Positions 27,346 through 36,548 of a stretch of DNA of 59,962 bases are shown here, in pieces. The stretch comes from a virus (taxonomy: Duplodnaviria; Caudoviricetes). A program made the translations under genes and the position numbers. Location: the IMG/VR virus record IMGVR_UViG_3300044796_000261, positions 1-59,962 of that record, one strand, 5' to 3'. A model generated the notes under the pieces. The model saw only the letters and a program-made list of their open reading frames with translations, made no database searches and was not told the origin of the DNA. The first letter of the stretch is position 1, and each line of letters begins with the position of its first letter.

Positions 27346-27855
27346 TCACGGCAGCAGCTTCCAATGGTGGGCCAGCCACGCGCCGACGGCCCCGGACGCG
27401 ACCAGGGCGGCAGCCACGGCCCACACGAGGAGGTGTACGGCCCAGTGCTCGACGAGACTCTCACCGGCCCACGTGAGGGCCCTGGCCAGCCACTTCGCTG
27501 CGGGCGGCAGGGACTCGACCTTGGCTTTCGACGCCGCGCCCTCGGCCCGGCCGGCCATGTTTGCCACGGTGAGCATGTAAGACCCCGTCACCTGCTCCCG
27601 CTCCGCAATCTGCGTGACGGCCCTGGATAGCGCCTCGACGGCCGACTTGATGGCCACGAGTTCTCCGCGCATCGAGCCCATGTCAAGCGCGATGCCGGCG
27701 CTCATGGCGTCGACCTTGCCGGATAGGGTGCCGTGGGCGTCGAAGAACTTTGACCCGAGTTCGGACAAGGACCGGTGGAGCAGGCGCGCCTCGCCGGTGG
27801 CGAGCGGGGTGGGCATCGTCGGGGGCTCGGGGGGGATTCGTGGGGCGGTGGTCAT
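27346..27855 (-). CDS. Membrane-anchored coiled-coil protein
   Basis: ATGA-coupled; C-terminal TM segment LLVWAVAAALVASGAVGAWL. Confidence 0.55.
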   Translation of the reverse strand: MTTAPRIPPEPPTMPTPLATGEARLLHRSLSELGSKFFDAHGTLSGKVDAMSAGIALDMGSMRGELVAIKSAVEALSRAVTQIAEREQVTGSYMLTVANMAGRAEGAASKAKVESLPPAAKWLARALTWAGESLVEHWAVHLLVWAVAAALVASGAVGAWLAHHWKLLP

Positions 27856-28571
27856 GACCATGAGCCTCCGTATCGAGATGAGAAGTATTTGAACACGCTC
27901 GAAACTTGTGAAGCAGAATGTGCCGACGAGTATATGAGAAGCTCCGCTATTTTTCCGTTCAGAAGTTGAGACGCGGCCCCGTACCCTCCGATGGTCATGC
28001 CGGACGCCCCGAAAGAGTTGGATCCGGCCGCGCCAGATGCGTTCGGGGCTGCAGACGTTCCCACATAGGAGACCCCCGGCCCGCTGTTGAATACGCCAGC
28101 AAAGGCATTCTTGGATCGCGAGTTGTTCGTGCCTAGCAGCAGAGATCCGGCGTAAATTCCCCACACGCTACCGCTCCAATATATCGTTGGCGGAGCAGTA
28201 GCACCGTTGCCCTGGAAATCCTGAGCGGATCCGCCAGAAGTGCTCTCTCCGACCACATATATCGTGGCTGGCTGCGATAGGTTCTGGAACGTCGAGTCAG
28301 TGAGGCTCTGCAATGCTGACGCAAGGAAGGACATAGTTGGTTGCCCGTTGTACATCGCATCTACAGCCGTATACGAGGGGCGATTCGTGGGAGTTCCTTG
28401 CACGAAGGTGGCCCCCGATCCACTCATGTCAACCCACTGGCTGACGGAGCCAGACACGAGCGTCACGTTGGTGTCGGACCTCAGTCGGAGCTTGATGCCC
28501 GATGTTATTGGCAAAGACTGCGCGGTCTGCCCTCCCGCGGCGATGCCGATGGCGGTTCCAATGAGTCCCAT
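27852..28571 (-). CDS. LamG/concanavalin-like tail-associated protein
   Basis: VSQWVDMSG, P.Y....NGQP, LNGKIAELLIY, YFSSRYG. Confidence 0.65.
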   Translation of the reverse strand: MGLIGTAIGIAAGGQTAQSLPITSGIKLRLRSDTNVTLVSGSVSQWVDMSGSGATFVQGTPTNRPSYTAVDAMYNGQPTMSFLASALQSLTDSTFQNLSQPATIYVVGESTSGGSAQDFQGNGATAPPTIYWSGSVWGIYAGSLLLGTNNSRSKNAFAGVFNSGPGVSYVGTSAAPNASGAAGSNSFGASGMTIGGYGAASQLLNGKIAELLIYSSAHSASQVSSVFKYFSSRYGGSWS

Positions 28572-31111
28572 CAGGACACCGGGATCCCGTACTTGGAGCC
28601 CAGATTCGTCTTGACCGTTAGAATCTCAGCGGCGGTCAAGTTGCGATTGTAGACGATTACCGTGTAGATGCCTCCTGGGAAGTATTCGCCAGATCCCCCA
28701 GGATTGCCCAGCACTTCCACATGCTCCGTGTGGGTTGCCATAGACCCGGTGGTCCCGGCGGTGCCGTCCAGGGCGAAGTAGCTGGACGCGCCGTCGAGGT
28801 AGCCCATGTAGATATGCGGGTTTCCGTTCGTGCCCGTCACCGCGCCAGGGTTACTACCCGCGTCGTCGACCATAACGTAGTTCGTCGAGTTGGTGTTCCT
28901 GCCGAAGTTTACGTTGTGTCCGCTCGTCTGCATCGCGAAGACTACATGCGTCGCCGAATAGGTAGCTTCCACCGCGACGATGAACACGGTAAGCTTAGCC
29001 GTCGAATAGGTGGCCGTTCCCACGAGCGCATCGGACGTGCCGTTGCCCACGATCCCCGGGTATCCGTTGAGCGTGGCCGTCCCATAGGCCGGTATCGTGC
29101 TGTTCGGGGCGACGTCGCCAGCGTTGCCACTCTGGTCCGCCCACTTGGTGACGCCGCTCGAATTGGTGACGCCGAGGCTCGAGTCTAGCCAGAGCACACA
29201 TCCGGAGATGTCAGTGGGAGCCCACGTCGGAGAGTCGTCCTGGACGCGGATCACGTTCGTTCCGTCGCACCTCACTATGGCAGTCTTGTTCGGGCCGATC
29301 GGCACGCCTGCCCCGGTGGCACCGCCCACCGTGATCCGCGATGGCGTCAAATTCGCTACCGTCTTCTGCCACCCAGGGTTCAGTGGCACATTGACCGTGC
29401 TGCTTGTTGTGCTTGATCCAGTAATGGCGATCGTTTTGCCGCCGAAAAATCCGCTCATCGGTGATAGTGCCAGCTGACCCTGACTGACGGTGGCAACGGA
29501 TGTGGCCGTCATGTCAAAGCCCGAAGAAGACGCGCCCATAGGCACTATCGTGGTGTCGTCGAATAGGTCGACGCTGATCCCATGCACGGTAGGCGGTACG
29601 TCGATCACGAATTCAGCATCACCTATTCCGCTGACCTCGAGACCGTATAGCGTGGCTCCTGAGTCCACTTTGACCACTGGGCATACCGACGATGTGTATG
29701 AGTAGGAACCCCCCTCAACGATGACGGCGAAGTTGTTCTCGCTTCCGCTCAGGTGAACGAATGCGGATGCGCTAGCCGCAGACATCGCGACGTCGCGGAC
29801 AGAGAAGCCGTTGACCCCTCCGCCAGTGCCATTGCCAAGCAGTATCGGAACCTCAGTGACGCTGGCAGCGTTCTCGATGTGACCGCCGAACATGCCAGAC
29901 GACTGGCACAATTCTGCGTACACGTTTCCGAGGGCGTTCGATTCTAGGAGCAGACCGTACGTGTTGAACTGGCTTAGACCGTTGCCAGGGCCCCTTTGCT
30001 TCTGATGCAGACCGTACCCATGGCAATCTGCGATGTTGCCTCCGAAGAACTGTACTCCGGCAGCGCCAAGCTCGTCGTATATCTGCACGCCGTCTCCGGT
30101 GCAGCCCTCCACGTTTAGCTCATAGAAATTGCACTGAGCATTGTTGTTTTGTGCCGCCGTACCTTCAAGCTGCACTGCGGCAGTCGTGAAGCCGGCGTAA
30201 GAGTGGCATGTGAGCCACAATTTGTTGCACGTCACGAAGTAATTTGCCTGAAAATGCAGGCCAACTGATACGGACGCATCGGACGTTTGAATCTCGAACG
30301 ACTCAAGCGTGATCTTCTGAGCCAGCGTCGCAAGAGAGACCTTCTTGCCGTTGGTCAAGTTGATCGTACTGAGCTGCCCGGCGCCTCGGATGGTCGCGTT
30401 ACTCGGTATCGATATATCGGCGGAATATATCCTGTACGCCACGGTGGGTGGCGGGATGAACACTTGGGCTCCGATCGATTGCGCCAGCGAAATGCATGTA
30501 TTGAACGCTGCGGCGTCGTCGGTTACGTCGTCGCCAATGGCTCCGAAATCCTGTACGTTCAGCTCTCTCGGGCGGTGTACGCCAACGTTCTGTAGCACCC
30601 ACCCCGGCCCGCTCTGGTCGTACAGGAAGAGTAGCGCGCCCTGCTTCGGCTGGAGCACGACGTTCGCGCCATTGCTCTGCGTGTTGATGCGCCAGCTAGC
30701 CGTGCTCGACGCGTCCGCGTTCACGATCGTCATCGGCTGAGACGTCGTGTTGCTGACGAGCAGGTACGGGTACGCCCCAGCAGCGGGCGGGGTGAACCCA
30801 CCGATGCTGAACGCACCGGGCGTGTTGAGTCCGATGCGAAGCGTGGAAAGCCCGCTCGTGGCGATGTTCGAGTTGCGCCCAGGAGTGAGCGTGATGTTGG
30901 ACTGCCCGAAGCTGGCCCCCGGCGCCGTGCTCGTCAGCGTGACGACCGTGGTCCCTCCGGCGAGGTTCGGGTTGTCGACAACCGACACGCCCGTCGTGCT
31001 GTTGCCAGCGACGAACTGCATTTGCGGTCGAGGAGTGACCAGATTCCCGCTCGGGTCAATAACGTTCTTGACGAGCTGCGACTGAAGGAAATTGCCGGGG
31101 GAATTGCTCAT
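28571..31111 (-). CDS. Tail spike / receptor-binding protein (beta-helix depolymerase + LamG-like domain)
   Basis: LNVQDFGAIGDDVTDDAAAF pectate-lyase-3-type start, beta-helix repeats, C-terminal VLWLD..KWADQSGN..SKYG. Confidence 0.85.
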   Translation of the reverse strand: MSNSPGNFLQSQLVKNVIDPSGNLVTPRPQMQFVAGNSTTGVSVVDNPNLAGGTTVVTLTSTAPGASFGQSNITLTPGRNSNIATSGLSTLRIGLNTPGAFSIGGFTPPAAGAYPYLLVSNTTSQPMTIVNADASSTASWRINTQSNGANVVLQPKQGALLFLYDQSGPGWVLQNVGVHRPRELNVQDFGAIGDDVTDDAAAFNTCISLAQSIGAQVFIPPPTVAYRIYSADISIPSNATIRGAGQLSTINLTNGKKVSLATLAQKITLESFEIQTSDASVSVGLHFQANYFVTCNKLWLTCHSYAGFTTAAVQLEGTAAQNNNAQCNFYELNVEGCTGDGVQIYDELGAAGVQFFGGNIADCHGYGLHQKQRGPGNGLSQFNTYGLLLESNALGNVYAELCQSSGMFGGHIENAASVTEVPILLGNGTGGGVNGFSVRDVAMSAASASAFVHLSGSENNFAVIVEGGSYSYTSSVCPVVKVDSGATLYGLEVSGIGDAEFVIDVPPTVHGISVDLFDDTTIVPMGASSSGFDMTATSVATVSQGQLALSPMSGFFGGKTIAITGSSTTSSTVNVPLNPGWQKTVANLTPSRITVGGATGAGVPIGPNKTAIVRCDGTNVIRVQDDSPTWAPTDISGCVLWLDSSLGVTNSSGVTKWADQSGNAGDVAPNSTIPAYGTATLNGYPGIVGNGTSDALVGTATYSTAKLTVFIVAVEATYSATHVVFAMQTSGHNVNFGRNTNSTNYVMVDDAGSNPGAVTGTNGNPHIYMGYLDGASSYFALDGTAGTTGSMATHTEHVEVLGNPGGSGEYFPGGIYTVIVYNRNLTAAEILTVKTNLGSKYGIPVS

Positions 31112-31112
31112 G

Positions 31113-32087
31113 TCAGTTGGCTCGGTAGTGCTTCACGATGATAGTCGCTGGACCCACCAAGCTAACGCCGCAATTCGTGGTGGACGACCGGTCAGCTTGC
31201 AGCGCTACGCCGCACTTGGCCGAAGACCCAAGCAGGTTTGCGGCGGGGAAGATTGCGGTCAACGTGACAGGCACGAATACGTCCTGCGTAGTCGGGGACC
31301 CCACGCTCTGCCAGAGAGAATCGAGTATCTTTCCTGATGTCTGCGCGTAAACTGCAGGATTACCATTCCCTGGGATCATGTACGGGAACAGCAAAGACCG
31401 ACCAACGGCGCTTGGCCCTAGCACGTAGGCGTTGAGGCTCCAGACGACTTCGATGAGGTCGCCTGGCTCAATATTTGGGCCGTACGTTGTGGAGCTTCCG
31501 TTCTTGAGCAAATCGAGAGAAGTCTCTGCGCTGCCTGTCGAAGCGACTCCGTTGTACGGGTAGATCGTGGTACCGGTGGGGTTGGCGATGCTAGCCCATC
31601 CAGATCCGCTGCTCTCGGAAGGGGCCCACGGCTGACCGGTTGGCGCCGCGGCAGGGCTTCCCATGTACATGTCGTAGAGCCGGTACTTGCCGAGCCTCCG
31701 ATACAGCCATGGCTGCGTGTTCTGCCCGGCCTCCCAAACCGCGCCGGCCACGGTGGCGTCCACGAGGTCCGTGCCGTTGTCGGGGAGCGAGACGGCGGGG
31801 AGGACTTGGTAGTCGATGCAATATCCCTGGGCCCCCTGGGAATACGGGCCAGATCCAGATGTCCCGTTCAACAGGAAGTCGTTCGCGTCGACGACGGTGA
31901 TGGTAAACGTATGGTCGATCGCCCCAGTGCCTTCGATGTCTACGGTGTCGCCCGTGTTGAACCCGTGCGCGGTGGCCTCGACCTGCCAGCCGCCTGCAAC
32001 GGTAGTGACCGCCACAATGGGTACAATTCGACTCGCCCCGCTGGTCGGTGAGGGGATGGTCCCGTTTCCTGCGTACGTTGTGGGCAT
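31113..32087 (-). CDS. Tail/baseplate structural protein
   Basis: Gly/Ser/Thr-rich, AHGFNTGDTV.I.G beta-barrel motif; position. Confidence 0.6.
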   Translation of the reverse strand: MPTTYAGNGTIPSPTSGASRIVPIVAVTTVAGGWQVEATAHGFNTGDTVDIEGTGAIDHTFTITVVDANDFLLNGTSGSGPYSQGAQGYCIDYQVLPAVSLPDNGTDLVDATVAGAVWEAGQNTQPWLYRRLGKYRLYDMYMGSPAAAPTGQPWAPSESSGSGWASIANPTGTTIYPYNGVASTGSAETSLDLLKNGSSTTYGPNIEPGDLIEVVWSLNAYVLGPSAVGRSLLFPYMIPGNGNPAVYAQTSGKILDSLWQSVGSPTTQDVFVPVTLTAIFPAANLLGSSAKCGVALQADRSSTTNCGVSLVGPATIIVKHYRAN

Positions 32088-33029
32088 CTACGAAACTCCG
32101 CTGAAGATTGTGGCGGTTGCGCAGGAAGGTCTCGTGGCAGTGTACACCTGCCCGTAGACTGGGTCACTGACGACCTTCCCAAAAGTGCCCCATGTGCCGT
32201 TCGGGAGGTAGGGGGAGCCGAAGGCGAGGGCGGGGTTGAAGTAGTTCGGGTCGTAGCTGACGATGAGCTGCGCGGTGACGTTGGCGGCCTTCTGTTGCTT
32301 GACCTCGGCGGCGAGCGCGCTGGACTGCGAAGCGGTGCCTCCCCACCCCCACACGGCGCCGGATCCCCACGCCTGGCCTCCGCCCCACGTCGCGGAAGGT
32401 ACTGGGTACGGAGACCCGCTCGTCGAGTAGATGATGGGCCAGAGTCTCCACCACCGATACGCGGCGCCGAACGGGTACCCGAGGGAGTCCCAGTCCCAGT
32501 TCGTGTGGGGCGACTGGCCCGGTTGGACGAACGTCGGGGGAGGCACCACGGGGAGACCTGCCGGATACGCGCTCGGGTAGGACGCGCGAGACGCGCTCAC
32601 CGGGGCGAGCGGGATCGGGTCGTCTCCGGCGCTGTACCCATACCAGTTGCTCGAATTGTCGACGGTCCGAACAGTGACTGCCGACGGCAACATTTGACCG
32701 ATGAGTCCAAGCAGCATCCCTGTCGGATGGCCCTCGTACGGCAACAGGTCTAGCCACTGCTGAAGCCTGGCGACGTAGTCTGCCTGCGGCTCCTGATATC
32801 CCTGCGAGATGGTGCGGTCGACAGCGATCCACGGGAACGCATCTGGCGGCGCAGTGGACGGGAAGCGCGACTTGACGGCCCACGTCGCGCCGTCGCTCAA
32901 GTCATCGTAGAGTATGTTGATTGACCAGCGGTATTTGCGCCAGTTCGGCCCGTTTAGGTAGGCAGGGCTCAGCGCGTCGCCGGCAAGGCAAAAAACGCTC
33001 GTGGGTGCGGTGACGAGCGGGCCGGTCAT
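32088..33029 (-). CDS. Baseplate wedge (tail protein I-like)
   Basis: APPDAFPWIAVDR...E..ADYVARL; follows the baseplate J-like gene. Confidence 0.6.
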   Translation of the reverse strand: MTGPLVTAPTSVFCLAGDALSPAYLNGPNWRKYRWSINILYDDLSDGATWAVKSRFPSTAPPDAFPWIAVDRTISQGYQEPQADYVARLQQWLDLLPYEGHPTGMLLGLIGQMLPSAVTVRTVDNSSNWYGYSAGDDPIPLAPVSASRASYPSAYPAGLPVVPPPTFVQPGQSPHTNWDWDSLGYPFGAAYRWWRLWPIIYSTSGSPYPVPSATWGGGQAWGSGAVWGWGGTASQSSALAAEVKQQKAANVTAQLIVSYDPNYFNPALAFGSPYLPNGTWGTFGKVVSDPVYGQVYTATRPSCATATIFSGVS

Positions 33030-34285
33030 GTGAACACCACCGTTCCGTTGACCACGCCAAGTACAGCTACGTTGCCCTGACCAACGGTGAGATTACCAGA
33101 CGATCCGTTTATCGTGATCGCGATGTCGACAGATCCAGGCAACGCATTGTAAATGGTGGCTTCTACCTCCGCGATGGGCAGTATGCCTGCGGACGTCGTG
33201 TTGAGGCCACCTATCGGAAACGCGGAAAAATAGTTAGTCAGCGCGGACAGTATCGCCGACTGGATCTGCGTCGTGGTGTATCCGGCGCTTCTCCGAAAAT
33301 AAAGCGTGTAGCTCACATTGACAGTGAGCGCTGACGCAGCCTGAGCGACGTACGTGATGCACTGCCCGACGACGAGTGCAGACACCGCAGCCTGGATGAC
33401 CGCGACGTCGCCAGAAAGCGGCACCCCGGCAGCCGTGGCGAGGTACTGCTGCACGACGCCCGTCGCGGGGTTGCCCACGGTCTGGCTGCGCGTGATGCGC
33501 GTCGTCACGTAGTACGGCCACGTCGCCGATTGCGTTCCTGCCGGGATGCTCTGCGCGCAGTAGTCGTATGCGGTGCTCGGAGCGCTCGGGTTTGCAGGAG
33601 GAGGCGTCGTCCCCTGCTGGACGAGCGTAAGCGCTGACAGCGTGCCGAGCTTGTTCAGAGACCGCTGAAGGAGCTGAGGGTTCGTTTCCTGCGGGGTCCC
33701 CACGAACGGCTGCGTGAGCGCGTTGATGGTGACGCCAGGCAGCGGCGTGACGAGTTGCAGAATGACGCCCGTGGCCGCGTTGCCAGCGGCGCCGACGAAC
33801 GCGGCATCGGCCTGCACGGCCACGGTGCCGGAGCTGGACCCGCCGATGGTGCCTGTCCCCACGCTCGTGTACGTGGCTCCTCCGCTCGTGGGGTACTGGA
33901 AGTGCAGCGGGTTGTTTGGGCTGTACGGGTAGCTTGCTGCGTTCGAGTTCGTGTAAGGTACGGGCCCCGACGCGACGCCGGCCGCGAATCGAATCGTGTT
34001 GTAGTTGTTCGGCGTGAGCAAATCCATCCACGTCGTGATGGGATTGCCATTGCCGTCGACCATCTCCGCCGCGTAACTGGCATACCCTCCCTGCGCGAGA
34101 AAGTTCACGTTGCCCGCGTAGAGCGAGATGATGTTCGCCTGGACTTGGAAGATGGTCCGCGACGGGTCGAGAGGCTCCCATGACGTGACAGTCAGACCAA
34201 GCCCAGTGGCCGTCGCAAGCTCGAGCGAGAGCGCATCGGCCTGCGTGATGGGCGCAACGAGCTGGGCAAGCGTGGGCTGCGTCAT
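33026..34285 (-). CDS. Baseplate J-like protein
   Basis: W.P.DP.RT, A.G.V, G.AGN, G...ETN.QL..R, AY.Y.A, N.F...PIGG. Confidence 0.75.
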   Translation of the reverse strand: MTQPTLAQLVAPITQADALSLELATATGLGLTVTSWEPLDPSRTIFQVQANIISLYAGNVNFLAQGGYASYAAEMVDGNGNPITTWMDLLTPNNYNTIRFAAGVASGPVPYTNSNAASYPYSPNNPLHFQYPTSGGATYTSVGTGTIGGSSSGTVAVQADAAFVGAAGNAATGVILQLVTPLPGVTINALTQPFVGTPQETNPQLLQRSLNKLGTLSALTLVQQGTTPPPANPSAPSTAYDYCAQSIPAGTQSATWPYYVTTRITRSQTVGNPATGVVQQYLATAAGVPLSGDVAVIQAAVSALVVGQCITYVAQAASALTVNVSYTLYFRRSAGYTTTQIQSAILSALTNYFSAFPIGGLNTTSAGILPIAEVEATIYNALPGSVDIAITINGSSGNLTVGQGNVAVLGVVNGTVVFT

Positions 34286-34286
34286 C

Positions 34287-34730
34287 TCACTGCACCGGGG
34301 TTGCGAGGTTGGAGTTGAGGAGCGTGACGGTGACTTGCGAGACAGCAAGCACCATCGTAAACGGACCTGCTCCCGATGTGATTCCGATGGTCAACGTGAG
34401 CACGGATGTGGCCGTGGTGAACGTTCCGGAGACCGTCACGGCCGTCACCTGCTGGTCCTTCAGAAGCTCTTGCTGCACGGAGGAACCGAGCTGCGAAATC
34501 TGCTGGACGGTCATCCCATCTGACAGCGAGTCGCGGAGGTCGATGCAGTCGTTCGGGCAGTCGATAACCGAGCCTCTAGGAGTGGAGAGGCGACAGAGAA
34601 GACGTTGTGCCAGGAGCGCGCGTCCGGTTTGCAGGCGGAATGCGGGGTCCGCGTCGAGTGCGCCGTTGGGCGCGCCGATGATTGCGAAGTCCGTTCCGAA
34701 CGGGTTTGAGCTGGGGAATGGGTTGCTCAC
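34287..34730 (-). CDS. Baseplate wedge gp25-like protein
   Basis: FGTD, LAQRLLCRLSTPRGS, ELLKDQQV. Confidence 0.7.
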   Translation of the reverse strand: MSNPFPSSNPFGTDFAIIGAPNGALDADPAFRLQTGRALLAQRLLCRLSTPRGSVIDCPNDCIDLRDSLSDGMTVQQISQLGSSVQQELLKDQQVTAVTVSGTFTTATSVLTLTIGITSGAGPFTMVLAVSQVTVTLLNSNLATPVQ

Positions 34731-35254
34731 GAAGCCTCCGTGTTCGTCGTGACCGGAGGGATTCCGACGAGAGCCGACGTGATGGCGGCGCCGATTGCGT
34801 TGATTTCCGCTCCGCTCACTGGGCCAGCAGGAACACCGTTTAGGCCTCCAACAAGAGCAGTTAGCATCGCAGTGTAGGACGGTCCGGTGGCGAGCGGCGC
34901 CGCGCCTGCGGTTCCGATCTGCACCAGCGCCCCGTACTGATACACAACCGTAGGCGTATCCGTCGGGTCGAGCCCGCACACCTCTGGCTTGGTCTTGTCT
35001 CCGTTGGCAAACCGAAGCCGAACGAGCTTGCCCGGCGTGGGAACTGCGACACCACCGTCCGGACCGGGCCAAAGCGTGACGCTGGAGAGCGGGCCAAAGG
35101 GGTTGCTCGTACCCGTTGGCAGAAGGTCGAGCACCACGGGGGGGCCTGGGGTTGCGGCGATGACCTGGTACTCCCAAACGACATACGCCGCGAGGTTAGG
35201 CAGGATGAGCCCAACGAGCTTCTCTAGAGCGGCGCGGCCACGGTCGGCTGTCAT
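34727..35254 (-). CDS. Baseplate spike (gpV-like)
   Basis: OB-fold-like P.PG..V...F.NGD..KP; position. Confidence 0.6.
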   Translation of the reverse strand: MTADRGRAALEKLVGLILPNLAAYVVWEYQVIAATPGPPVVLDLLPTGTSNPFGPLSSVTLWPGPDGGVAVPTPGKLVRLRFANGDKTKPEVCGLDPTDTPTVVYQYGALVQIGTAGAAPLATGPSYTAMLTALVGGLNGVPAGPVSGAEINAIGAAITSALVGIPPVTTNTEAS

Positions 35255-35913
35255 GACACCATGACCTCCGTGCGCAGCGAGTCCTGCCTCAGCACGTGCC
35301 GCACAAGGTTCACCGTCCCGCTAACCGTTGGGCCCACGAACACGGCCCCTGGCGCCCAGTCGGCGGGGAACTCCGTGGCAATCGTGTACCGTCCGCTGGC
35401 CCCGTGGACGTCGATGGCGTTGAATGGGCTCGCGATGGGCGTGGGCAGGCGCGGCGCGGTCTGCACAATGCCCGACGCGCTCATGTACCAGGAGTCGCCT
35501 AGGACGCCCTGAAGCACGAGCGAAGCAAGTCCCGCCTGTCGCACGTATCCCGTCCCGAGGGTGGGACTCACGGATGGGGCGACGACAGGCGGGGGCTCTT
35601 GCACGAAAATGGCGGCGTCGCTCAGCACCATCGCCGTCGGTACTCCACCCGGGAGGGAGTACTGCTTGGACGGGACGGGCTTGCGCCAGCCAGCCTGACC
35701 ACCGACCAAGCGCACCTCGCGGCGCCCGGCGAAGTCGATTGCGCGAATGGGCGTGCAAACCCATGCGCTTCCAGCCAAGGTGAGCACCTGCGGGCCGACG
35801 ATGTCGATCGCCACGTCACACACAACGTCCGCATGCCAGTTGCCAGCCATCGGGATGGTCAGCGCGGCCATGAAGATGGGCACGCCAGAGATGTCGGCGT
35901 AGTAGAGGCTCAC
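35251..35913 (-). CDS. Baseplate hub protein
   Basis: Position between the tube initiator and spike; W.ADV, VGGQAGW. Confidence 0.55.
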   Translation of the reverse strand: MSLYYADISGVPIFMAALTIPMAGNWHADVVCDVAIDIVGPQVLTLAGSAWVCTPIRAIDFAGRREVRLVGGQAGWRKPVPSKQYSLPGGVPTAMVLSDAAIFVQEPPPVVAPSVSPTLGTGYVRQAGLASLVLQGVLGDSWYMSASGIVQTAPRLPTPIASPFNAIDVHGASGRYTIATEFPADWAPGAVFVGPTVSGTVNLVRHVLRQDSLRTEVMVS

Positions 35914-36548
35914 GTCTTCCCCGCGGACGCAGCGGCCTGCGCGAGGAGCGCGTCGCGCTGCTGGACGAGAGCGGAGAGGGCCGGGTTTGGCGCCTTACCG
36001 ACGATATTGATGGGCTGGATGGTGATGGCACCAACCGGCGTGCTGGCCACGTTGAGCGGCGGCGGCGGGAGGTACTGGGTCACCGTCACGGTCGAAGCGA
36101 ACATGAGCTGGTCGCCCGTCTTCTTCACCTCGCCGATGCTGTTGCAGTAAATGGCCGAGATGTTGAGGAGGGCCAGCGCGGGATGCTGAATCGACACCGG
36201 CGTCGGTGGCACGCCTAGCTTGGTCCCGTCGTACTGAAACGCGAGCTGGTAGACCTGCCACGCGAAGAATTGCGCGTCAGTCCACATCTTGAAGATGAGG
36301 CGAAACGGCTTCGGCTTGTTGCCCTGGAACGTGGGAGTGTGCCCTTCTTGCCCCTTGCCGTGCTTGGGGTCCCACGAGTAGAAGAGCTCCGCTCCGTCAA
36401 TCTCGATGCTGCCTCCCTGGATGGCGTACCCATCGAGGAACCCCTCGGGCGCAGCGATGCCGTTGGGCGAACCCCACGTGAGACCGCCCACGGTGATGCT
36501 GTCCCACGACTGCGGGGACAGGAAGGGGGAAAGGACCGCCTGCACCAT
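35910..36548 (-). CDS. Tail tube initiator-like protein
   Basis: Follows the tape measure; WD.K.GKG..G, I.HP.L...I. Confidence 0.55.
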   Translation of the reverse strand: MVQAVLSPFLSPQSWDSITVGGLTWGSPNGIAAPEGFLDGYAIQGGSIEIDGAELFYSWDPKHGKGQEGHTPTFQGNKPKPFRLIFKMWTDAQFFAWQVYQLAFQYDGTKLGVPPTPVSIQHPALALLNISAIYCNSIGEVKKTGDQLMFASTVTVTQYLPPPPLNVASTPVGAITIQPINIVGKAPNPALSALVQQRDALLAQAAASAGKT

